Shown piece after piece: positions 42,605 to 50,548 of a stretch of DNA of 64,000 nt. The notes beneath the pieces are model-generated. The model did not search any database. It was not told the DNA's origin and saw only the letters and a list, made by a program, of their open reading frames with translations. The translations under genes and the position numbers were made by a program. The stretch is from Clostridia bacterium. GTDB lineage: Bacteria; Bacillota; Clostridia; JAAYHZ01. The number at the start of each line of letters is the position of its first letter. Position 1 is the stretch's first letter. The stretch spans positions 187,971-251,970 of the forward strand of contig JBMNIH010000007.1 of the NCBI GenBank assembly GCA_050950825.1. Direction: 5' to 3'.

Positions 42605-44510
42605 AAGGGGCTGTTGCACTAAAAAGAAATAGTGCACAGCCTCTTTTTAATTGATAAAAAATAAATCCCGATGCCCAAGAAGCAAGGGATTTATGATAAA
42701 ATAACAATATGAAAACCTTAAAACTTAATAAGAAGTATACATTTAAACGAAGAAATTATCAACTAAAACTTCCAATAGAATTGGAATATAAAATTCCTGA
42801 CGATGATCCGGTTCGCTTGTTGAGTCATTTTGTGGAGGAGATGGATTTAGAAGATTTGTATTCGACTTATTCTCGTATAAAGAGAAACCAAGCAAGCCCG
42901 CGTCAGATGCTTAAAATCTTAATTTACGCATACATGAATCATATTTATTCATCAAGAGACATAGAAAAAGCATGTCGTCGCGATGTAAATTTTATGTACC
43001 TTTTAGAGGGTATGCTGGTACCTGATCATGCAACGTTTTCCAGGTTTCGAAGCTTGCATTTCACACCTTGTGCCAAAAGAATTTTGAGTGAAATGTCCGA
43101 ATTTCTCTATGATATCGGAGAATTATCCGGCGACGCCATATTTATTGACGGCACGAAAATAGAGGCGTGTGCAAACAAATACACTTTTGTCTGGAAAAGA
43201 GCGGTCACAAAAAATCAAGAGAAGTTGCTTGCAAAATTGGCGGATTTCTTCGCGGAATGCGAGGAAAAGTACGGAATCAAAATAGTATACAATAATCAAG
43301 TCGAAATGAAACACGTTAAAAAGTTACGCAAGAGACTGTATGCCATAAAGAAGGAAGAAAACATCGAGTTCGTACATGGAAAAGGGAAGAGAAAAACACC
43401 TTTCCAACGATCCATTGAGACTTTGGAGAATGATTTGGATAAGCTGAAGGAATATACGAAAAACATACATGTATGCGGAGACCGCAACAGTTTTTCAAAA
43501 ACGGATCACGATGCGACGTTTATGAGAATGAAAGAGGACGCTATGGGCAACGGTCAGCTGAAAGCGGCATATAACATTCAGCATGGCGTTGACTCCGAGT
43601 ACATAACATGGGTAACGGTGAATCAATGCACAACGGATGCACCGACTCTAATACCTTTTTTGAATGAAATGAGATCCCATTTAAAATTCAAATACAAAAA
43701 AGTTGTCGCGGACGCAGGATACGAAAGCGAAGAAAACTATATTTACTTGGATAAAAACGGCCAATCGGCGTATATTAAACCGTTAAATTTACGAACAATC
43801 CAAAACCAAGAAATATAAAAATGACATTGGTCTTATGGAAAATATGGAATACCATGCAGAAGGAGATTATTACGTCTGTCATAACAAGAGAAAACTTGTC
43901 GTTAGCGATATAATAAAGAAAAGAAGCAAAAACGGATTTTTGAGCGAGAAAACGGTTTATACATGCGAAGATTGCAGTGATTGCTCCTTCAAAAGTAAAT
44001 GTATAAAAGGAAATAGCAAGATTCCGTTGACTGAAAGGGTAAAAAGACTTCACGTGGCGAAGGAATTTATCCGACAACGAGAAAAAGCCATGGAAAGAAT
44101 ACGGAGCGAAGAAGGCTGCATGCTTAGAATAAACAGAAGCATACAGGCGGAAGGATCTTTCGGAACAATAAAGCAGGACATGGGATTTCGGAGATTTTTG
44201 TGCAGAGGTAAGGCGAATGTACTTGCCGAGAGCATACTACTGGCTATGGCTTTTAACGTAAATAAGCTTCACAGTAAAATTCAAGCCGGACGAACCGGTA
44301 CACATCTTTTTCAATTTGAAAATAGTGCTTAAGTGAAAACAAATTAAAGAAAAAGCCGATTATTACAAAAGGTGTATTAAGTGCACCCTTTTTTAGTAAT
44401 CGGCTTCTTTGTTGATTAAAATTAATTAAAATTCCTTAAATTCAAGGTAAAATATTGAAAAAGAGGCAGTGCATCAGAAGTTTAAAAAACCTCTAATGCA
44501 ACAACCCCTT
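42605..44510 (+). mobile_element. IS1182-family insertion sequence, decayed copy
   Basis: IRs 'AAGGGGCTGTTGCA...' and, reverse-complemented, 'AAGGGGTTGTTGCA...'. Near-identical to 53188-55089. Confidence 0.9.
42709..44332 (+). pseudogene. IS1182-family transposase, frameshifted
   Basis: Relative to the intact copy there is one extra T in the run at 43788-43790, which splits the ORF into 42709-43818 and 43835-44332. There are also two amino-acid substitutions and a 3-nt in-frame insertion near 43955. Confidence 0.9.
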
Positions 44511-44667
44511 TTTTGATCAGATTCCAATAACGATACTTTGTACCTACATTATACATAATATAGTAAAAAATCTTATAAATTATGAACTTTAAATTGGAAT
44601 AGTGTATAATATTGTTAAAGAATTAATGGAACGTTATGGGATTATATGAATTTTAAGGGGTGAAAAT

Positions 44668-45672
44668 ATGGCGACAACTGTAAATAATGCATTTAAAGAG
44701 TTTATGCGAGATAAGGTCAACTTGGATCCGGACAAAACAAAAACTGCAAGAAAAAGCAGGGACAATCTTATAGATAATATACATAGTTTGGGTTCTAATG
44801 AAGATTTTTTCAATTTATATCATGACATTGATATTGCATTTGGCTCATTTGCAAGAAAAACAAAAATAAGACCCTTAGATGATATTGATATAATGATTGG
44901 GATTAACGGTGACGGTAGCACTTATTATGATTCAGGCTATGAGGTTAAAATTTATGTAAATGATGATAATTCTCCACAAAAGAGTTGTTGCAATGACAAT
45001 ACTAACATACTCAATTCAACAAAAGTTATTAACAAATTTATAAAAGAACTTAAAAATTTAAACGATTATAAGAAAGCGGAGACCCATAAGAATGGTGCGG
45101 CAGCCACCCTTCAACTAAAATCTTATGAATGGAATTTTGATATTGTACCATGTTTTCGAACAACTAAAGAATCTGATGGCCGAGATTATTATTTAATACC
45201 AGATGGAAAGGGAAATTGGCAAAAAACAGATCCACGCAAAGATAGGGATAAAGTAACTACTTTGAACCAAAAACATAATGGATTAATGTTAGAGACTATA
45301 AGATTGGTAAAGTATTGGAATAGAAGACCTACAATGCCATTGATGCCATCTTATGCATTAGAATGTTTATTACTACAATATTTTGATAGCGTAGATAGTG
45401 TAAGTGATTATATTGATTTAAGATTTAGAGATGTTTTATATTATATCAAAGATAACATTTGGTATTCCATTAATGATCCAAAAGAAATTCAAGGAGATTT
45501 AAACACACTTACATATGATGAAAAACTGAAAATTTCAAACAAAGCAGAAAGTGATTATGAAAAAGCAAAAGAAGCGATTTCTGCAGAAATAGATGATAAA
45601 GATCATGAGAAAGCCATTAAAAAATGGGCTGAAATATTCGGAAGCGAATTTCCAGAATATAGCGAGGATTAG
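44668..45672 (+). CDS. SMODS/CD-NTase-like nucleotidyltransferase
   Basis: 334 aa. Pol-beta NTase motifs 'GSFARKT' and 'DDIDI', the third acidic residue in 'WNFDIVPCF', and 'YLIPDGKGNWQKTDP...IRLVKYWN'. Strong RBS 'aagggg'. Confidence 0.75.
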   Translation: MATTVNNAFKEFMRDKVNLDPDKTKTARKSRDNLIDNIHSLGSNEDFFNLYHDIDIAFGSFARKTKIRPLDDIDIMIGINGDGSTYYDSGYEVKIYVNDDNSPQKSCCNDNTNILNSTKVINKFIKELKNLNDYKKAETHKNGAAATLQLKSYEWNFDIVPCFRTTKESDGRDYYLIPDGKGNWQKTDPRKDRDKVTTLNQKHNGLMLETIRLVKYWNRRPTMPLMPSYALECLLLQYFDSVDSVSDYIDLRFRDVLYYIKDNIWYSINDPKEIQGDLNTLTYDEKLKISNKAESDYEKAKEAISAEIDDKDHEKAIKKWAEIFGSEFPEYSED

Positions 45673-46578
45673 ATGGATATGGATAGTAGTAATGATATTA
45701 ATATAAAGCAAAACACCGAAGAAATTCTTTTATATTTGTTTGCCCAGAGGAAATTGTACTCATTGAGTAAAAGAGCACTTCATATAATGTTATTTGTTAA
45801 TCTTATTTTTTATGTTTTAGGATTAATCAATACGATTCAGAGCAATAATTATTTTAAAGCGATATATGTTATTTGGGGGGTAACTTTTTGTATATTATAT
45901 ATTAGAGAAGGTGAAAGAATAAATACTGCTGCTACAATGCAGGAACTTATAGACAGAAAATTATATGGGTTCGATACATACGCTCCTTTTCTGAAAGTGA
46001 CGAGCCTGCATAAAATAGCATTGGAATTAAAAACAAAGTTTCCAAAAGAGTTTATTGAACAAACAAGTCGTAATGGGCAGCAAAAAGGGGTTAAGGATTG
46101 GTATTCAGATGTATCAGGAGTTTCTATTGAAAAAGCAATTATACTTTGTCAAATAGAAAATAGTGATTGGGAAACTCAACTAAGAATGAAGTATCAAAAA
46201 CTAAATATATTATTGCTTGTAATTTTGCTATCAGTATATGTTGTTATTTTTTGGAATAATAGTGTAGAAAATTTAATAATAAAACTATACCCCATATTAA
46301 CAATTGTAGTAGATAGACTTTCTTATATATATAAGAACTATAAAAACATTAAAAGTAGTAAAGATATTAACGATAGCCTATATCAAATTTATGAAAACAT
46401 TGAGGAATTCACCAAAGAAGACATTTTAAATAAAGCCAAAGAGATTCAACATTGTATTTATGAAAGAAGAAAAAACTTTTCTCCCATTCCCAATTTATTC
46501 TATCACCTAAATAGGGAGAAGTATCAAAGTTATTCGAACCAGTATATTTTGGATCTAAAGGAAAAACTAAAAAAGTAG
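45673..46578 (+). CDS. S-4TM-type membrane effector (SMODS-associated 4TM)
   Basis: 301 aa, starting immediately after the NTase stop. It has two N-terminal TM helices, the soluble 'QELIDRKLYGF...CQIENSDWE' region, two further TM helices and a charged tail. Confidence 0.65.
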   Translation: MDMDSSNDINIKQNTEEILLYLFAQRKLYSLSKRALHIMLFVNLIFYVLGLINTIQSNNYFKAIYVIWGVTFCILYIREGERINTAATMQELIDRKLYGFDTYAPFLKVTSLHKIALELKTKFPKEFIEQTSRNGQQKGVKDWYSDVSGVSIEKAIILCQIENSDWETQLRMKYQKLNILLLVILLSVYVVIFWNNSVENLIIKLYPILTIVVDRLSYIYKNYKNIKSSKDINDSLYQIYENIEEFTKEDILNKAKEIQHCIYERRKNFSPIPNLFYHLNREKYQSYSNQYILDLKEKLKK

Positions 46579-46582
46579 GCCA

Positions 46583-46691
46583 TGGTAATGTTCATACTAC
46601 ACTTATCTGACTATTATGATTACATAATGTCAAAAGTACCAGAAAGTGAAAAAATTCCGCTTATATTATCCGGTGCACCCTTTTATTTAAC
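46583..46691 (+). pseudogene. 5' stub of an unknown gene truncated by IS256 copy B
   Basis: The ATG at 46583 opens 'MVMFILHLSDYYDYIMSKVPESEKIPLILSGAPFYLT', which runs straight into the IS end at 46692. Confidence 0.35.
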
Positions 46692-48083
46692 GATAGTGTC
46701 TTGTCAAGTGGTGTAAAATGATTTCTACTTTATCTTCCCTTCGTTTCATTTATGTAAGATAGCAATCGGAGCTAATGAAAACCCATTAGCCTGTGTAAGC
46801 TTTTCCATAGATTCTAAACTGAAGTATCGCCGCCCTACCTGCCATTCATCGTTCTGCTCCATAAGCATAGTACCTACAAGGCGAATAACGGCATCACGAT
46901 TAGGAAATATGCATACAACATCAGTCCGACGGCGTATCTCACGATTAAGCCGTTCCAATGGATTCGTAGAATGAATCTGTATCCAATGCTCACGGGGAAA
47001 GGCCATATACGCCAATATATCCTCTTCGGCTGCTTCAAGGATTTCCATTGCTTTCGGAAAACGCCCCCTCAGTTCATCTACCACATGTCTTAGCTGTTCC
47101 CTTGCGGATTCCTGATCATTTTGTGCAAAAATGGTGCGTATGATTGAGGAGACCATTCCTTGGCACTTCTTCGGCACTTGGCTTAATACGTTCCGCATAA
47201 AATGTACTCGGCATCTTTGCCATGTGCTCCCGGTTAAAACCTTCTTTATGGCGGATTTTAACCCCTCATGGGCATCACTTACAACTAACTTCACCCCTTT
47301 AAGTCCCCTTGCTACAAGCTTTCTCAGAAACTCTTCCCAAAAAGCTCCGTCTTCACTCATGCCGACATCAAAACCTAGTATCTCTCGTTCACCGGACTGA
47401 TTTACACCTACGGCTATTACAAGTGCCATACTGCATACTCTTCCACCTTCACGAACCTTAGGAAAAGTAGCATCAAGCCAAAGATAAGGGTATTCTCCTT
47501 CGAGTATGCGGTTCTTGAACTCGGTGACAAAGCCATCCAATTGCTTGCTGATCCCGGAAACTTCGCTTTTATCCATCCCTTTAATTCCGAGAGATTCTAC
47601 CAACTCATCTACTTTTCTAGTGCTGACACCGTGCACATAAGCTTCCTGCACCACATTTAATAAAGCTTTTTCTGACATCTTCCGAGGCTCTAATAAACTT
47701 GGGAAATAGCTTCCATGCCTCAATTTGGGTATGCTTAACTGTAACGTACCAAGGCGAGTATCCCATTCTCTTTGTCGGTATCCATTACGATGATTGTTCC
47801 GATTCTCACTTCGTTCATACTTTTCCGCACCGATCATCGACGTAACTTCCGCATCCATCAGAGCATTGATTAACAGCGTAAGCGCTTCCTTTAAAAAATC
47901 CTTATCTTTTTCAACAACATACTTGCTAAGTTGCTCTAAAAGTGACATTCTATTTTTAGTAGCCACGGTATGACCTCCTTTACTTTATCTTTTTTATTTG
48001 AATCTAATAAAGTAAAAATCATATCGTGGTTACTCTTGTCAAGCATACTCCACGAAATTTACACCACTACTTAAGACTATAAC
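46692..48083 (-). mobile_element. IS256-family insertion sequence, copy B
   Basis: Same ends and length as copy A at a constant offset of 26639 bp. The only difference I noticed is A at 47996 versus G at 21357. Confidence 0.9.
46746..47966 (-). CDS. IS256-family transposase (identical protein to 20107-21327)
   Basis: The 406-aa translations are identical in the ORF track. Confidence 0.95.
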   Translation of the reverse strand: MATKNRMSLLEQLSKYVVEKDKDFLKEALTLLINALMDAEVTSMIGAEKYERSENRNNHRNGYRQREWDTRLGTLQLSIPKLRHGSYFPSLLEPRKMSEKALLNVVQEAYVHGVSTRKVDELVESLGIKGMDKSEVSGISKQLDGFVTEFKNRILEGEYPYLWLDATFPKVREGGRVCSMALVIAVGVNQSGEREILGFDVGMSEDGAFWEEFLRKLVARGLKGVKLVVSDAHEGLKSAIKKVLTGSTWQRCRVHFMRNVLSQVPKKCQGMVSSIIRTIFAQNDQESAREQLRHVVDELRGRFPKAMEILEAAEEDILAYMAFPREHWIQIHSTNPLERLNREIRRRTDVVCIFPNRDAVIRLVGTMLMEQNDEWQVGRRYFSLESMEKLTQANGFSLAPIAILHK

Positions 48084-48309
48084 CAACCAACCGACTGCTG
48101 TTTTGATGTCGATTGAAAACTACAAGCAAATTAAAAAATTACAAGAATTTTTTGAAAAGCTTGAGACACAAATATTACTTGAGCAAGCAATAGAAATTCA
48201 GAATAAATTAGATGAAAATCAAATGTTGACTATGGAAGATGTTATGAATAAACATAACATTTCCGAAGAAGAACTGAAAAAGGCTATGGAAAGTGTGGAA
48301 ATTGAATGA
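48084..48309 (+). pseudogene. Phd/YefM-type antitoxin, N-terminally truncated by IS256 copy B
   Basis: The frame is open from the IS boundary: 'NQPTAVLMSIENYKQIKKL...' is the mid-part of Phd/YefM antitoxins. About 30-40 N-terminal residues are missing. Internal TTG/ATG at 48103/48106. Confidence 0.65.
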
Positions 48310-48695
48310 TGTGGACCATAAAGTTTTCACCTGAAGCAGATATAGACATTTCCAAATTGGATAGATCTTTAGTGTTACAAGTATTAGCAGAAATAAAAAA
48401 AGTTCGTTCTAATCCATTACCACATCCGAATGGATATGGGAAACCTCTTGGTAACAAAGCAGGGAATAATTTGACAGGATTTTTTAAAATCAAGTATCGG
48501 GGAATCGGTATACGGGTAGTATACTCATTAGTTTTAAACAAACAAATTATGAATATTTTAATCATCTCAAAAAGGGATGATGATGAATGCTATAAAATGG
48601 CAGGGGCTCTTTATAAAAAGTATGGAAGTTCATTATTTGATGTAATTGGCATAAGAAGACGAACAGTTTTAGAGAAATTATCCCTAGCAGACTAA
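48306..48695 (+). CDS. RelE/ParE-family toxin
   Basis: The ATGA overlap with the antitoxin stop is typical. The pattern 'W.I.FS..A..D..KLD', 'NP...G..KPL...L.G....K.....R..Y' and 'ILIISKRDD' matches RelE/ParE. Confidence 0.7.
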   Translation: MMWTIKFSPEADIDISKLDRSLVLQVLAEIKKVRSNPLPHPNGYGKPLGNKAGNNLTGFFKIKYRGIGIRVVYSLVLNKQIMNILIISKRDDDECYKMAGALYKKYGSSLFDVIGIRRRTVLEKLSLAD

Positions 48696-48836
48696 CGTAT
48701 TGCTGTTAAGTACCTAAAATGACTGTTTTTTATTGTCTTTTATTAACAACCATTATGTAATAGCTTTGTTTGCGTGCCTACCTTTGGATTAGATGGACGG
48801 CGCCCCTTTGGGAATCATCCGCGATACCCGAAAAAA

Positions 48837-50246
48837 TCAATTCATTGTTATGAAAACACCGTCGCAGGAGCCGGGGGTAACCGTAATTTCATCCGTGTTT
48901 TCCGTTCTTGTCCGTTCGCCGTGTTCATATACCGAAACCGTATATTTCCGTGCGAATTTAACCGTGATATTCTGTGAAGCGTACGGGTCGTAAATGTTCC
49001 GGCAGTTTACCAGCATAAGCGCGTTTCTTCCCTGCGTGTTTGCAAAATATCCCGCCAGCGCGGTACTTTCGCTTTCAATGCTTTTTACCGCGGGAATACC
49101 CGTAAAGCCCTGCGCCTTGTTGTTCTTTTTCTGCTTTCTGCAGGCAAAAACGAAATGATGATTAAGTCTTTTTGCCTTTGCGAATTCGACTCCAAGGCTT
49201 CGGTAATCCTTCAGCACGGGCGACAGCTTGGCAATTTCCGCATTGACTCTTTTCACATAGAGGTACTGCTCCGTAAGGTTGCCGTTGTAGTCTATAATGC
49301 CGATGGCGTCCCTGCCCCAGACGGGATTGTAGGATGCATGGATAATGCTTCGGCAGCCGTAGCAAAGGGAGGCGTAAACCTGCCATTTTATCATTTCGAA
49401 GGTTGTCATGGTATATAAATGCGAAAACCACCTCATCTGACTCTGGATGTAAAGCCAAAAATCCTTTCCGTCGCGGCGGCAGGCGTTGCCGATTGTGTGG
49501 TAGGTATTCAGGTACAATGACATTCCGATCTTGTTCAATATCCTTGACGGATGGAAGGGATAGACGTCAACCGAAAGATAATCGGATTCCACCATGGAAG
49601 GAAACTTATCGACGTATTCCGCATAGGAATTTTCGCCCCACACGCTCTTTATCCCCCAGTCGGGCAGCAGATTCGTAAAGACGAATCGGTCGGGAAAATG
49701 CTTCCGATATGCGCGATGGAATTTTTGGACAAACCCGAAATCGCTTGAATGGGGCTCGTCGGAACAACAGTCGCCCACGGATGCCGGATGCGGCACGAAA
49801 CGGTCTAACGGCGACGGATTTTCAACATCGGCACTCAAAAGGATACTCTTTAGAAATTTGCGGTTCTCTTTGCCGATAACGGCGATATTGTATTTTTCGC
49901 ACCAATCGAGGATTTTCTTCGCATACTCCCCGTCGTTGCCGTTGATGATGAAATCAAAGCCCGCCTCCGAAATCAGCTTGATGTCGTTTTCCGTCACCTC
50001 GGGAACCCTTCCGAAAATCGTTGTACCGGAAAGAATTCTGTTCCTGTCGAGTCTTCCCCCGATATTCGCGGGCTTTCTCTCAACCGGCTGTCCTAGCTTT
50101 CCTTCGATAATCAGTTTTTTGTCCCGCTTTCGAATTTCCGTTTCGTTCTTCGTTTTTGCGGGCGACACAAACGCCATAAAATCCATCAGCGCCGTCAGAT
50201 ATTTATTGTCAAAGATGTCCGCCGCAATCTTAAGCTTTTTCTTCAT
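48837..50246 (-). CDS. Hypothetical protein, possibly TIM-barrel glycoside-hydrolase-like
   Basis: 469-aa ORF with backbone-like GC and RBS 'ggaggaagg'. The fold assignment is only an impression. Confidence 0.6.
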   Translation of the reverse strand: MKKKLKIAADIFDNKYLTALMDFMAFVSPAKTKNETEIRKRDKKLIIEGKLGQPVERKPANIGGRLDRNRILSGTTIFGRVPEVTENDIKLISEAGFDFIINGNDGEYAKKILDWCEKYNIAVIGKENRKFLKSILLSADVENPSPLDRFVPHPASVGDCCSDEPHSSDFGFVQKFHRAYRKHFPDRFVFTNLLPDWGIKSVWGENSYAEYVDKFPSMVESDYLSVDVYPFHPSRILNKIGMSLYLNTYHTIGNACRRDGKDFWLYIQSQMRWFSHLYTMTTFEMIKWQVYASLCYGCRSIIHASYNPVWGRDAIGIIDYNGNLTEQYLYVKRVNAEIAKLSPVLKDYRSLGVEFAKAKRLNHHFVFACRKQKKNNKAQGFTGIPAVKSIESESTALAGYFANTQGRNALMLVNCRNIYDPYASQNITVKFARKYTVSVYEHGERTRTENTDEITVTPGSCDGVFITMN

Positions 50247-50548
50247 AGAACTACACCCTTCCTCCGCCCCGCGTTTTGTAGGGCCGACCTCTGTTGAAGA
50301 ATATTCACCTGTTTCTACTTGTTGTTTGTCCTCCGGATTATTCTACCTTAGGAACATCACAATTTCAATAAAAAGGATTTGTATCCTTTTTTGTGTAACC
50401 GCAAAAAAGGGCTGCAGAGAGCTTTATAATACATATTTTCAATCTTCCATTTTCCGTCCCGTTTATATACAATAATCCTGTACAACTTAAGTTTATTCAG
50501 CCTTACGGTCGGTACCGACATCATATCAAAGGTAAGGAGAATCGAATT

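Noticed and set aside
48696-48836. A direct repeat of the rpsI 3' end (attR) at the right island border.
   Set aside because: I found only a weak resemblance (TTTGTTTGC at about 48765 versus TTTGTTTAC at 19540). That is too short to call, and the true right end may have been lost through IS-mediated rearrangement.
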